Origin: Verrucomicrobiota bacterium
GTDB lineage: Bacteria > Verrucomicrobiota > Verrucomicrobiia > Opitutales > Seribacteraceae
Direction: 5' to 3'
DNA: 45,169 nt
Assembly (NCBI GenBank): GCA_027622665.1
Contig: JAQBYT010000035.1
Coordinates: 1-45,169, forward strand
The notes below the pieces were generated by a model. That model saw nothing but the letters and a program-made list of their open reading frames with translations. It did not search any database and had not been told where the DNA came from. Each line of letters opens with the position of its first letter. The first letter of the stretch is position 1. Below are positions 27,866 to 38,475 of this stretch, in pieces. A program made the translations under genes and the position numbers.

Positions 27866-29317
27866 TCACTTTTCCAAAAACTGACCCGCGACTTTCCCCA
27901 TCACGCCGTCGAAGGAACCGTTGGAGAGGAACACGAGGAGAGTTTTCCCCTCACTCTCGAAATTGCGGGCCAGCAGGAATTCGCCCAAGGCTTGGTTGGT
28001 AGGGAACGCTTGGGCAGCACGGCCTTGTTCTCGAAGTTTAAGAATCATGGCTTGGCCATCCAGACGATCCGCAGGGTCTATGCGCTCGGCTCGATGGATT
28101 TCACCGAGGAGGATTTCGTCCGCGACCGCAAGGGCTTCGGTAAAGGCGTCTTGAAAGACGTTGGTTACGGCCGTGTTGCTGCGCGGTTCGAAGCAGGCGA
28201 CTAGGCGATGGTCGGGCCAACGAGCGCGGAGAGAGCGGAGGGCGCCTGAAATAGCCGTGGGATGGTGAGCGAAATCGGATAGGACTACGAGATCGTCCCG
28301 CTCGACGAGAATTTCCTGACGCCGTTTAACTCCTTGGCATTTCTCGAAAGGTGGAAGGCCAGTCGCGGCAAAAGGATTTCCGTCGAGGTCGGGTTCTCGA
28401 CCCTGAGCCGCAGCTTGGGCCAAGGCAGAGGCAAGGGCGGCCATGGCTGCATTGCGAGCATTGTATTCGCCGGGCATGTTCCATTTTACCTCACCTACTT
28501 CGGTTTCACGCCAGAGGAGACGAAAGAAAACTCCCGAGGGCCCTTCTGAGAAGTCGACGATACGGAGATCATTTTCGGGACCGAGACCGACGCGCAGGAC
28601 GGTTGTCCACGAAGGTTGCGACAAGGCGGAGAGGTTCGGGTCATCGCCATTGGCCAAGACAAAACCGTCGGAGGGCACGATACGAAGAAGGTGGTCGAAG
28701 GTGCGAGAAACGTCTGCGAGGTCGCGAAAGATGTCCGAGTGGTCGAACTCCAGGTTATTGAGGACGAGAATACGGGGTCGATAGTGAATGAACTTGCTGC
28801 GTTTATCGAAAAATGCGGAGTCGTATTCGTCTCCCTCGATGACGAAGGGGGCATCGAGGTCTCCCAGTTCGTTGCCGGACGGGAGGTCGAGCGGGACCCC
28901 ACCCACAAGGTATCCGGGGTTCAGACCTGCCTCGCAAAGCGCAAAGGCAGTGAGAGACGTGGTGGTGGTTTTTCCGTGTGTTCCGGCTACGACTACTGCG
29001 GGACGCGTGCCGATGAGTTCTTCGCCAATGAGTTGAGGGAGGCAAACGAACGGAGCAAGGCGCTCACGCAAGAGCCATTCGACCTGCGGATTACCTCGGG
29101 ATACCGCATTGCCCACGACCACACGGTCGGCCGACCACTCTCGCAGCACCTTTTCGTCGAAGCCCTCGAAAAGTTCGATCCCGGCCTCAAGCAAGACATC
29201 CGACATGGGAGGATATACGCCCGCATCGGAACCCGCCACCTCGACCCCTTGCTTCTTGAGCAGGATCGCCGCGTTTCCCATAGCCGTACCACAAATCCCA
29301 ATGAAAAAAACCCGCAT
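27866..29317 (-). CDS. mpl: Murein tripeptide ligase (UDP-MurNAc:L-Ala-gamma-D-Glu-mDAP ligase)
   Basis: GICGTAMG, VYPPMS, GTHGKTTT, EGDEYDSAFFDKRSKF, DFAHHPTA, EPRSNT, SNGSF. Confidence 0.9.
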   Translation of the reverse strand: MRVFFIGICGTAMGNAAILLKKQGVEVAGSDAGVYPPMSDVLLEAGIELFEGFDEKVLREWSADRVVVGNAVSRGNPQVEWLLRERLAPFVCLPQLIGEELIGTRPAVVVAGTHGKTTTTSLTAFALCEAGLNPGYLVGGVPLDLPSGNELGDLDAPFVIEGDEYDSAFFDKRSKFIHYRPRILVLNNLEFDHSDIFRDLADVSRTFDHLLRIVPSDGFVLANGDDPNLSALSQPSWTTVLRVGLGPENDLRIVDFSEGPSGVFFRLLWRETEVGEVKWNMPGEYNARNAAMAALASALAQAAAQGREPDLDGNPFAATGLPPFEKCQGVKRRQEILVERDDLVVLSDFAHHPTAISGALRSLRARWPDHRLVACFEPRSNTAVTNVFQDAFTEALAVADEILLGEIHRAERIDPADRLDGQAMILKLREQGRAAQAFPTNQALGEFLLARNFESEGKTLLVFLSNGSFDGVMGKVAGQFLEK

Positions 29318-29427
29318 GCCGAGAATGCTGGCAAATCGAGAGAAGAACGGAAGCTTGAAATCAAGACATACCGAAAAAACGTCTTTTCCCTCGACTCTTG
29401 ACGGTTTTTTCGGAAAAGCCGTCTGCT

Positions 29428-30714
29428 ATGCAGAACGAACAATTGAAGATTCTTATTCTTGGGTCGGGAGGTCGCGAACACATGCTGGCCAAGGTTTGCG
29501 CGGCAAGTCCGCTGGTCAAGGAAGTCATAGTGGCCCCGGGCAATGGGGGAATGTCGAAGGAGTTCGCGGCTTTTCCAATCGATGTCGAAGACAACGATTC
29601 CATCGTACGATTAGCGACGGAAGAAAACGTTGATTTCGTGGTAGTCGGCCCAGAAGTTCCCCTTTGCAATGGGGCGGTGGATGCCTTGAACGAAAAGGGG
29701 ATTCTTGCCTATGGACCCAACAAGGCAGGAGCCGAACTGGAGGGGAGCAAGGCCTTCACGAAAGATTTTCTCGCTCGGCACAATATCCCAACGGCAACCT
29801 ATGGCGCTTTTTCCGAAGTGGAAGGCGCACGAGAATTTCTAGGTAAATCGAAATTTCCCTTGGTCGTGAAGGCGAGTGGCTTGGCTGCGGGAAAAGGAGT
29901 GGTGATTTGCGAAACCATTGAGGAAGCAGAACGCAACGTGCGGGAAATGCTGTCGGGCGAATCCTTTGGCGATAGCGGCAAGGAAGTTGTAATCGAGGAA
30001 TTTCTCGAGGGAGAAGAAACCTCGCTACACCTCATTTGCTCGGGCGACAGTTACGTCACACTGCCGATGAGCCAGGATCACAAAAAGGCAGGCGAGGGCG
30101 ACACAGGTCTCAACACCGGCGGGATGGGAGCCTATGCCCCCACCCCCCTCGTCACGCCGGAAATGTTGGCCGATTACGAAACAAATATCGTTCGACCCAC
30201 TCTCGCTGGTCTCAAGGCGGACGGCATCGACTTTCGCGGCACCCTCTACATAGGTCTCATGCTCACGCAGGATGGGCCAAAGGTGCTGGAATTCAATGTG
30301 CGCTTCGGAGACCCCGAGACCCAAGTCATTCTACCTCTCATCGACGAGGATTTGGTGCCGGTCTTACTCTCGTCAGCAAAAGGGGAAGATTTGCCGCAGA
30401 ACCTGAAGTTCAAGGCTGAGTCGGCCATAGTCGTAGTCTTGGCCTCTAAGGGTTATCCCGAATCTTATCCCAAAGGTGAAATCATTACCATCCCGGAAAA
30501 ACTACCGAAAAACACCGACCTCATCCACGCGGGCACCAAGCAAAACGAGACTGGCGACATCGTTTCCGCAGGCGGTCGAGTGCTCGGAGCAGTTGGACGT
30601 GGCCCGACCCTATCCGAGGCCGCAGAGCGGGCCTATGCTCTGTGCGAAAGCATCGATTTCACATCCAAATACTTGCGCCGCGACATCGGTTACAGGGAGT
30701 TGAACAGGGACTGA
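29428..30714 (+). CDS. purD: Phosphoribosylamine--glycine ligase
   Basis: GSGGREH, GPEVPL, LEGSK, KASGLAAGKGV, QDHK...NTGGMGAY, EFNVRFGDPE, GGRVL. Confidence 0.97.
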   Translation: MQNEQLKILILGSGGREHMLAKVCAASPLVKEVIVAPGNGGMSKEFAAFPIDVEDNDSIVRLATEENVDFVVVGPEVPLCNGAVDALNEKGILAYGPNKAGAELEGSKAFTKDFLARHNIPTATYGAFSEVEGAREFLGKSKFPLVVKASGLAAGKGVVICETIEEAERNVREMLSGESFGDSGKEVVIEEFLEGEETSLHLICSGDSYVTLPMSQDHKKAGEGDTGLNTGGMGAYAPTPLVTPEMLADYETNIVRPTLAGLKADGIDFRGTLYIGLMLTQDGPKVLEFNVRFGDPETQVILPLIDEDLVPVLLSSAKGEDLPQNLKFKAESAIVVVLASKGYPESYPKGEIITIPEKLPKNTDLIHAGTKQNETGDIVSAGGRVLGAVGRGPTLSEAAERAYALCESIDFTSKYLRRDIGYRELNRD

Positions 30715-30773
30715 AGGATTCAACCTTGCCTTTTCCCGCCTCGGCGGAGAAAACAAGCCCGAAACCAAAGGGA

Positions 30774-31277
30774 ATGGGACGTAAAAGCAGAGCAAAAAAA
30801 GAGCGAAAGAAGGAGAAACTCATCCTTTTCGTGTGCACGGCAAACATTTGCCGTAGTCCCATGGCGGAAAAACTTTTTGCGGATGCTCTTGCAAAATCCG
30901 GAACCAAAAAGAAAATTCAGGTTTTCTCGACTGGAATCTCCGCCGTCGACGGCGACAAGGCATCCGACAATTCGGTAATAGCATGCGAAGAAGTGGGTTT
31001 AGACCTCTCCGACCACAGAAGTTCGGTCCTTACTCGCACTACCCTGCAAAACGCCTCGGCGGTTTTCTGCATGACCGAATCTCACCGAGTATTGATCAAC
31101 ATGTACTTTGAACTCCCTGAGGGAGCCCCTATTTTCCTGATGCGCGAGCTTGTCGATGGAAACGACAAAGAGCTACCGGATCCCTACGGACAAAGCCTCG
31201 AGGTCTACCGCGAATGCCGCGACAGGATGAAGAATTCACTACCCTCGCTCCTTGCTTGGGTTGAAAAGAATTTATAA
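30774..31277 (+). CDS. Low-molecular-weight protein tyrosine/arginine phosphatase
   Basis: P-loop FVCTANICRSPMAE and DPYG motif; Lys-rich N-terminal extension. Confidence 0.9.
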   Translation: MGRKSRAKKERKKEKLILFVCTANICRSPMAEKLFADALAKSGTKKKIQVFSTGISAVDGDKASDNSVIACEEVGLDLSDHRSSVLTRTTLQNASAVFCMTESHRVLINMYFELPEGAPIFLMRELVDGNDKELPDPYGQSLEVYRECRDRMKNSLPSLLAWVEKNL

Positions 31278-31316
31278 ACAAATAAACATTCAAAACCGAT
31301 ATCGCATCAAATCACC

Positions 31317-32570
31317 ATGTCATTGAATCAGGCCTCGCTCGCCGAACTCGACCCAGCTATCCACAAAGCCCTCGAGGACGAAAAAAAACGTCAGCAAACG
31401 CATATCGAGCTCATCGCTTCGGAAAACTTCACCCTGCCTGCCATAATGGAGGCGACGGGGAGCGTGTTGACCAACAAATACGCGGAGGGTTACCCTGCCA
31501 AGCGCTACTATGGCGGCTGTGAACACGTCGACGTAGCCGAAAGCCTCGCCATCGAGCGAGCCAAGGCCTTGTTCGGAGCCGAACACGCAAACGTTCAACC
31601 ACATTCAGGTAGCCAAGCCAACACGGCCGTCTATTTCGCCGTACTTGATGCGGGTGACAAGATTCTAACTATGAGCCTTCAGGATGGCGGCCATCTCACT
31701 CACGGGCACCCAAAGAACTGCAGCGGCTTTCTTTACAAAGTAGTGAATTACGGCGTTGATCCTGAAAGTGGTCGCATCGATTACGATGCGATTGAAGCGA
31801 TAGCTCGGGCTGAAAAACCCAAGTTGATTACCGTTGGAGCCTCCGCCTATCCAAGAATCATAGACTTCGAAAGAATGGGCCGGATTGCCAAGGATTGCGG
31901 GGCGCTGTTGCTGGCGGACATCGCCCACATAGCTGGTCTCGTGGCCACCGGGCTGCACCCCTCCCCCGTTCCCCACGCAGATTTCGTAACCACAACTACG
32001 CATAAAACCCTGCGGGGTCCACGAGGAGGCTTGATTCTTTGCAGAGCAGAATTTGCCAAGGCGATCGACTCCGCCGTCTTTCCAGGATCTCAAGGCGGTC
32101 CGCTCATGCACGTTATAGCGGCCAAGGCAGTCTGTTTCCTTGAAGCGGCCAAGCCGAGCTTCAAGGAATATCAAGAAGCAGTAATCGCCAACGCCGATGT
32201 GCTCGCCAAGGAACTAGCTTGTCGAGGATACTATCTCGTAAGCGGTGGGACGGACAACCACCTCATGCTTTTGGACCTGAGGCCATCCCACCCCGAACTC
32301 ACCGGCAAACAAGCCCAACAAGCCTTGGACAAGGCAAACGTCACCCTTAACCGCAACACGGTACCTGGAGAAACCCGTAGTCCCTTTCAAACAAGCGGGC
32401 TCCGCATCGGTTCTCCCGCGGTAACCTCAAGGGGCATGGGAACAACCGAAATGAAAGAGATCGGAGGAATCATTGATCTTGTCCTTGGCGATTTCGAGAA
32501 CGAAATAGTGCTGGCAGAGGCTAGGGAAAAGGCACTTGCGCTTTGCGGATCCTTCGAGTTACCTTATTGA
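31317..32570 (+). CDS. glyA: Serine hydroxymethyltransferase
   Basis: [43 protein letters not shown]. Confidence 0.97.
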   Translation: MSLNQASLAELDPAIHKALEDEKKRQQTHIELIASENFTLPAIMEATGSVLTNKYAEGYPAKRYYGGCEHVDVAESLAIERAKALFGAEHANVQPHSGSQANTAVYFAVLDAGDKILTMSLQDGGHLTHGHPKNCSGFLYKVVNYGVDPESGRIDYDAIEAIARAEKPKLITVGASAYPRIIDFERMGRIAKDCGALLLADIAHIAGLVATGLHPSPVPHADFVTTTTHKTLRGPRGGLILCRAEFAKAIDSAVFPGSQGGPLMHVIAAKAVCFLEAAKPSFKEYQEAVIANADVLAKELACRGYYLVSGGTDNHLMLLDLRPSHPELTGKQAQQALDKANVTLNRNTVPGETRSPFQTSGLRIGSPAVTSRGMGTTEMKEIGGIIDLVLGDFENEIVLAEAREKALALCGSFELPY

Positions 32571-32652
32571 TATGCTCAACGGATTTCAGTCGTTTCCAAG
32601 TACCACGAAATCTTAAACAGGAAAATACCTTCTTTTAACAAAGTAAATTACC

Positions 32653-33375
32653 ATGGAAATGAAAAATCAGCGTAAAAAGGGCTTCACCCTAATCGAGCTT
32701 CTCGTAGTAATTACAATTATCGGCATTTTGGCTGGTATTGCCTTCGTCGGATTCGGAGACGTATTCGGATCTGCAGGCCGCACGGTTGCTCAAAAAAACC
32801 TCAAGACAGTGTACGAATCGCTAGCGGCAAAAACTCGCTCGTTCCCGATGACCGATGATGTTGGCAGTGCCAAGGAATTTGTGGTTTGGTGGCGGAACAA
32901 GACCAGAGACACGCGCCCGGAACTTTGGTTCATAGGAGAAGATGAAGAAGTCAAGGACTTGGCCGAGGACTCAGCTGGTCCGGGCATACCCGCTAACATT
33001 CCTGACGACGCAGCAGATTTTCAGGCCGATCAGGTTAAGGCGCTAGGTTACTGCGTAGCTATTCCGGGGAATGATGCCGACACCAGAGCCTTTGTCGGTA
33101 CGCTTAACAGCGGAGCTTATCCCATAATGTGGTCCCGCGGTCTTGATGCAGGTGACGACAAATGGGATGCCAAAGGAGCATGGGCCGGTGCAGGTGGACA
33201 CGTACTTTTCAGCGACGGTACTGTACGCTGGTATGATGACACCAAAGGGAAAGATGATAAAGGCGTTTTCACAAAAGCCATCAATAAGGCGGACGGCACA
33301 GATAAGAAAGCCGAGCCCACATCCAACATTAAAGATGCCGTACCCGAAGGGTGGGAGATTTACAAACCCCAGTAA
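32653..33375 (+). CDS. Prepilin-type N-terminal cleavage/methylation protein (PVC-type pseudopilin)
   Basis: KKGFTLIELLVVITIIGILAGI type IV signal; C-terminal GGHVLFSDGTV motif. Confidence 0.88.
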   Translation: MEMKNQRKKGFTLIELLVVITIIGILAGIAFVGFGDVFGSAGRTVAQKNLKTVYESLAAKTRSFPMTDDVGSAKEFVVWWRNKTRDTRPELWFIGEDEEVKDLAEDSAGPGIPANIPDDAADFQADQVKALGYCVAIPGNDADTRAFVGTLNSGAYPIMWSRGLDAGDDKWDAKGAWAGAGGHVLFSDGTVRWYDDTKGKDDKGVFTKAINKADGTDKKAEPTSNIKDAVPEGWEIYKPQ

Positions 33376-33413
33376 ATTTAATAATCCCGTTATAATTTTC
33401 AACTGAGTACGCC

Positions 33414-35444
33414 GTGGGCAAGGATTCTGTTCACGGCGTTCTATTTTTCAGAAGAAACGGACGAGCAGGGGTAAGGATTGAAGGGCGTGAAGATCCTATT
33501 TCTCTTGCCCAAGGAGCTTCCGGAACAGCACTGGATGGAGACGAAGTGGAACTCCGCCGATTCCCTCCGAGAAAAGCCAAAGGAAAGCCGAAAAAGAAAT
33601 TTGGCGGAAAGCCGGGAAAACCACGCTATGGAGTAGCGAAGATCCTGAAACGCGGAACGGATGAGTTTCTCGGTTATTTGTCGAAGTCGGGTAAAAAGAC
33701 GACTTTAGTTGCGGAAAGCTCTCGCCTTCACGTTCCATTCAAGGTCATCGGAGATTCCCCCGCAGCTGATAATGGAGAGAAAGTCTTGGCCAAATTTCAT
33801 CGTTGGGACTCGCCTGCCCCATTGCCCTCCTGCCGCATTCTTCGGGTGCTCGGTCCTGCGGGAGACCCCGTAACCGAACACGTCGGCATACTCGCCAAGT
33901 ACGGCTTGTCGGGCGAGTTTCCACAAAAGGTAGTCGAAGAAGCAGAACAGACACCGTCTAAAGTTCAATCTAAGGATCTCGCCGGCCGCCGCGACCTCCG
34001 CAAAGTATTTACGCTGACCATCGATCCGCTCGATGCACGAGACTTCGACGATGCGCTTTCTCTACGCTCCTTGGAAAACGGTGATCTAGAAGTCGGTGTC
34101 CACATAGCTGACGTCTCCGCCTACGTAAGACCAGACACAGCCTTGGATCATGAAGCCCGCAGAAGGGGCAACTCCACTTACCTGGTCGGAGAGGTGGTAC
34201 CGATGCTGCCGCAAAAACTCTCGAACGGAATCTGCAGTCTGGTCGAGGATGAAGACAGGCTGGTGAAATCGGTTCTTTTTAGATTCGGCAAAGATGGGAA
34301 TTTTCGAGAGAGCAAGCTGGCGGAGAGCGTAATCCGAAGCGACAAGCGTCTCACTTATGAGCAGGCAAAACTGTTCATGACGGAAAAAGACTTGGCGGCT
34401 ATTCGTTCGGCAAAACCACCCCAAAGCCGATACTCGGGGAACCCCGGTCTACCGCTTTCCGAAATTCCCGAGGGAGTTCTCGGGCAAATCCGAGGTACAA
34501 TTAACACGCTGTGGTCCATTGCCTCCAAGCTGCGAGTTTCACGATTGAGAGCAGGTTCGTTGGATTTGGCTAGCCCCGAAGTGAAAATTTTGGTTGATGC
34601 CAGAGGGGTTCCCGAACGAATTCTCCAAATTGAAAACGATGATAGCCATAGCCTAATCGAGGAATTCATGCTCCTTGCCAATGAGACAGTGGCAAAGGAA
34701 TTGCGAAAACGAAAATTACCGGGGCTTCATCGCGTTCATCCAGACCCAGATCCTGAAAACCTGGAAGAACTGAGGGCTTTCGTATCTCTCTATGACCTAT
34801 CTTGCGGAGATCTCACAAATCGAAAAGAGGTGACCAAGCTCTTGGCTTCCATTAACAAACACCCCTTGGCTCAAGTTCTAAGAATCAAGTTTTTACGCAG
34901 CCTGAAGCAAGCCTGTTATCGAGCGACCCCGGATGGCCACTATGGCTTGGCCAAGCAAGATTACCTTCATTTCACCTCACCTATCCGACGCTATGCCGAC
35001 CTCGTCGTCCATCGGATAGTGGAAGGAATCCTCTCATCCGAGCAAAGGAAGAGACCGGATGCAAAGCGCTTGGAAGGCATCGCCAAACATATTTCCGTAA
35101 CGGAACGCAACAGCGTGGATGCCGAACGTGAATCCGTGAAGACAAAACTCGTCGCCTTCTATGAGCGAGAACTGAAAGAGAATAAACCGACACCGCACGA
35201 TGCAGTTATCACAGACATCATAAAAAAAGGGTTTTTCATTGAATTGCCCGACACCTTGGCCCGAGGTTTCGTTCCTCTGCGCACCTTACCCAGAGACCAA
35301 AATTACCGCATCGCGACGAATGGAACATCTATTGTTGGGCGAGACCCTCGCAAACGCCTTAAACTCGGCCAACAGATAAAGGTTCTCGTATACCAAGTGG
35401 ATCACGCTGAAAAACAAATCGATTTCAAGCTGGCAGGGAAATAA
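33414..35444 (+). CDS. rnr: Ribonuclease R / RNase II family exoribonuclease
   Basis: TIDPLDARDFDDAL, VHIADV, IEEFMLLAN, HFTSPIRRYADL, C-terminal S1 domain. Confidence 0.9.
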   Translation: MGKDSVHGVLFFRRNGRAGVRIEGREDPISLAQGASGTALDGDEVELRRFPPRKAKGKPKKKFGGKPGKPRYGVAKILKRGTDEFLGYLSKSGKKTTLVAESSRLHVPFKVIGDSPAADNGEKVLAKFHRWDSPAPLPSCRILRVLGPAGDPVTEHVGILAKYGLSGEFPQKVVEEAEQTPSKVQSKDLAGRRDLRKVFTLTIDPLDARDFDDALSLRSLENGDLEVGVHIADVSAYVRPDTALDHEARRRGNSTYLVGEVVPMLPQKLSNGICSLVEDEDRLVKSVLFRFGKDGNFRESKLAESVIRSDKRLTYEQAKLFMTEKDLAAIRSAKPPQSRYSGNPGLPLSEIPEGVLGQIRGTINTLWSIASKLRVSRLRAGSLDLASPEVKILVDARGVPERILQIENDDSHSLIEEFMLLANETVAKELRKRKLPGLHRVHPDPDPENLEELRAFVSLYDLSCGDLTNRKEVTKLLASINKHPLAQVLRIKFLRSLKQACYRATPDGHYGLAKQDYLHFTSPIRRYADLVVHRIVEGILSSEQRKRPDAKRLEGIAKHISVTERNSVDAERESVKTKLVAFYERELKENKPTPHDAVITDIIKKGFFIELPDTLARGFVPLRTLPRDQNYRIATNGTSIVGRDPRKRLKLGQQIKVLVYQVDHAEKQIDFKLAGK

Positions 35445-35582
35445 TTACTTTCGCGACCTGCCTCGGATTGAAAAGTTCCGTTTGAGTTGGTTTCCTATTG
35501 AAATCTCTATATGATCGCACCTACTAACCTTGATTCCATTCAACACCGACCATCATCTATATTTCCCACAGAACCCTAAGAC

Positions 35583-36107
35583 ATGAGCTACGACTACCAT
35601 TCAAAGTTGGAGAAGATTTGGAAAGACGCCGTAGAGAGATACAAGCAAGGCCGACGTTCCCCCGAAGGGTTTCTTTCGGAAGAGGAGCTCAACTTTCTGG
35701 CCTCGATAGGAATGAACGTAATGGACGTCTTCGACTTTGCCGAGGATTGGGTTTGCGAAGGGGCACCTGACCTCGCCACGTTTCTTCTCATTCATGATGC
35801 CAGGCGAGATTACTTTCTACGAGAACAGGAAGGCCATGCGTCGAGTCACCGAATGGATTCCGCGACCCTGCCGGCAAAAAGTGAAGAGATTGAGGGGATC
35901 CGCTGGTTGCCGCGTATTATTCCAAAGGCCAGAGCAAAACTTCGCGGAGAATTACCCGCCGACACAATGTACTGCTGTGGAGGAGACCGAAATTTCCTTC
36001 AGACCAACGACCTGCACCCCAGTGAGTTTCTGGCCGTCGTAAGAGACGCAGGTGACGACGATCAAGCAATCATTGAATGGGTATTGAAGAGAAGTCGGGA
36101 ATCTTAA
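35583..36107 (+). CDS. DUF5069-like protein
   Basis: GIRWLPRIIPKARAKLRGELP...YCCGGDRNFL resembles the DUF5069 core. Confidence 0.7.
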   Translation: MSYDYHSKLEKIWKDAVERYKQGRRSPEGFLSEEELNFLASIGMNVMDVFDFAEDWVCEGAPDLATFLLIHDARRDYFLREQEGHASSHRMDSATLPAKSEEIEGIRWLPRIIPKARAKLRGELPADTMYCCGGDRNFLQTNDLHPSEFLAVVRDAGDDDQAIIEWVLKRSRES

Positions 36108-36117
36108 ACCTTATGCC

Positions 36118-36966
36118 ATGCATTTTGAGAAATACCATGCCTTGGGGAACGATTACCTAGTACTCGAACCGAGTGAATGTACTCGACCCCTGTCCGAAAA
36201 CGAAATAATCCGAATCTGCCACCGCAACTTTGGCTTGGGTTCCGATGGCATTCTTTTGGGACCCTCCTCATCAACTGAAGCCGATTTTGGACTCCGCATC
36301 CTCAACCCCGACGGAAGCGAAGCCGAAAAAAGCGGCAATGGCCTTAGAATTTTTGCGCGTTATCTTCGCGACCAAGGCAAAGTGGGAGTTGAGCCCTTCT
36401 CGATCCATACCCTTGGAGGTGTAGTAACTTGCGAAGTGTCTTCGGACGCCTCCGTAATTTCCGTAGAGATGGGACAAGTCAGTTTTAACAGTGACGAAAT
36501 CCCGGTAAACATAGAAGGTGATCCTCGCGAAGTGCTCGATGAACCGATAGAGGCAGGAGGACAACACCTGCAATACTACGCGGCAACAATCGGCAACCCT
36601 CATTGCGTCGTGCCGGTAGACAAAGTAGATCGAGCTTTCGCCTGTGAAATCGGTCCGACTCTGGAAAACCATTCCAACTTTCCCAATCGTACAAACGTTC
36701 AGTTTCTCGAAGTTTTGGACCGAAACAACATTCGCATCGAAATCTGGGAGCGCGGAGCAGGATATACCCTTGCTTCGGGCAGTAGCAGTTCCGCCGCCGG
36801 AGCCGTGGCCCGCAAGATGGGAGCTTGTGATGAGAACATTACCGCCCATATGGCGGGAGGGAATATTGAGCTCCGCATCGACGACGAGTTCAACGTCACC
36901 ATGACTGGACCGGCCACCCGAGTCGGTTCCATGACGCTTGATCCGGAATGCCTAGTCGGGTGTTGA
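36118..36966 (+). CDS. dapF: Diaminopimelate epimerase (Ser/Ser active-site variant)
   Basis: FEKYHALGNDY, GLGSDG, NPDGSEAEKSGNG, GNPH, RTNVQF, WERGAGYTLASGSS. Confidence 0.88.
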   Translation: MHFEKYHALGNDYLVLEPSECTRPLSENEIIRICHRNFGLGSDGILLGPSSSTEADFGLRILNPDGSEAEKSGNGLRIFARYLRDQGKVGVEPFSIHTLGGVVTCEVSSDASVISVEMGQVSFNSDEIPVNIEGDPREVLDEPIEAGGQHLQYYAATIGNPHCVVPVDKVDRAFACEIGPTLENHSNFPNRTNVQFLEVLDRNNIRIEIWERGAGYTLASGSSSSAAGAVARKMGACDENITAHMAGGNIELRIDDEFNVTMTGPATRVGSMTLDPECLVGC

Positions 36967-37737
36967 CAAGGTCTCGGGCTTCCTCGCGACCCAAAATCGG
37001 CATTCGTCCGAAAACTTCCGCACGAGAGCACCCTCATTCGCCAACTGCGATCGCAACGCGTCGACCTCGACCTTGAAGCCCGCCTCCCTCAGGTCCGACA
37101 TGACGTCTGCCTTCGTCGGCACGTGAATATAAAGCTTCCCCATATCCGTAGACTCGAAACGATCTCCATACTCGAGTAACTCGGGTATCTGCTTCTCCTT
37201 GCGCCAAGCCAATTTCTCACGCTTCCAGAACTTCTTCCACTTGGCGCATTCACGATCATGCGTAGTGAACACGAAGTAACTTCCCGGCCGAAGAACCCTG
37301 AATATTTCCGACATGGCTTTACGGCGATTAATTCGAGCGGGAATCTGCATGAGACCATTGAAACCGAAAACGGCACCGTCAAACAGATCATCCTCGAATG
37401 CCAATCTCGTGGCAACAGCTACTCGCAAGTGCACCCCGTAATCCAACGCTCGGCCCAAACGTCGAGCCCTTTCGATCATCTTGCTGGAAAAATCAGTTGC
37501 TAGAAGATGTTTATAGCCCAACTCCCAAAGCCCAAAGGATATGCGCCCGCATCCACAACCGAGTTCCAGTAAACTAGCCGACTTGTCTGGAAAAACTCGT
37601 TGAAACACCTTCGACTCGGACTCCCAGAGCCCTATTGAAGTGGCGGCATGGGCGTAATACTCCAAGACCTTTTCACCACAAAAATAATCCCGTACCTTAT
37701 CGGCATTGACTTTCTCAACTGTCTCCACGGCGACCAT
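36952..37737 (-). CDS. Class I SAM-dependent methyltransferase
   Basis: [31 protein letters not shown]. Confidence 0.88.
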   Translation of the reverse strand: MVAVETVEKVNADKVRDYFCGEKVLEYYAHAATSIGLWESESKVFQRVFPDKSASLLELGCGCGRISFGLWELGYKHLLATDFSSKMIERARRLGRALDYGVHLRVAVATRLAFEDDLFDGAVFGFNGLMQIPARINRRKAMSEIFRVLRPGSYFVFTTHDRECAKWKKFWKREKLAWRKEKQIPELLEYGDRFESTDMGKLYIHVPTKADVMSDLREAGFKVEVDALRSQLANEGALVRKFSDECRFWVARKPETLSTPD

Positions 37738-37842
37738 AAGCTAAAAGAGAATGAACGATCGGAACATTCGGGCAAGAATCTTCTGGTGCCAAATTTCTTG
37801 CCTCTTTCCCCGAAAATTGTTTTATTTAGTATTTTTCCGCAA

Positions 37843-38160
37843 ATGAAAGCCACGATTGAGACCCAAGGTAGTCAATTCACCGTAGAGCAAGGCGACAAAC
37901 TCTTCGTAAACCGTTTCCCTGAATCAACAGAGGGCGACATCATAGATATTGACAAAGTGCTCATGCTCATTGACGACGGTAAAACTTCGTTCGGAGCACC
38001 CTTCGTCGAAGGCGCCTCCGTCAAGGTCAAGATCCTCGAGAACAAGAGGGCTAAGAAAATCATCATATTTAAGAAAAAACGCCGCAAAGGCTACAAACGC
38101 CGCAAAGGGCATCGTCAACACATTTCAGTGATTGAAATCGAGTCCATCAACGCCAAGTAA
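37843..38160 (+). CDS. rplU: 50S ribosomal protein L21
   Basis: [14 protein letters not shown]...[16 protein letters not shown]; start ATG 37843. Confidence 0.96.
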   Translation: MKATIETQGSQFTVEQGDKLFVNRFPESTEGDIIDIDKVLMLIDDGKTSFGAPFVEGASVKVKILENKRAKKIIIFKKKRRKGYKRRKGHRQHISVIEIESINAK

Positions 38161-38181
38161 CCCCAAGAAAAAAGAACAGCC

Positions 38182-38427
38182 ATGGCTCATAAAAAAGGAC
38201 AAAGCACTTCTAAAAACGGTCGCGACAGCAATAGCAAGCGCCTCGGAGTAAAAAAGTTCGGTAGCGAAAGCGTCGTAGCGGGCAACATTATCTTGCGTCA
38301 GCGCGGAACCAAATACCATCCTGGCAGCAATGTGGGATGTGGACGCGACTTCACTCTTTTCGCCCTCAAGGACGGCAAGGTGAAATTCGATAGGGAACAC
38401 CGTAAAGTAAGCGTCGAAACCGCTTAG
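38182..38427 (+). CDS. rpmA: 50S ribosomal protein L27
   Basis: [24 protein letters not shown]...RQRGT. Confidence 0.97.
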   Translation: MAHKKGQSTSKNGRDSNSKRLGVKKFGSESVVAGNIILRQRGTKYHPGSNVGCGRDFTLFALKDGKVKFDREHRKVSVETA

Positions 38428-38475
38428 ATTTACCTCAAGTTTTTTTGGGGTTTCCAAAACCCGCCACCCCAAAGC

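Noticed and set aside
30731..30753. Hairpin after purD as an intrinsic terminator
   Set aside because: The stem is present but no U-tract follows on either strand, so it was not called.
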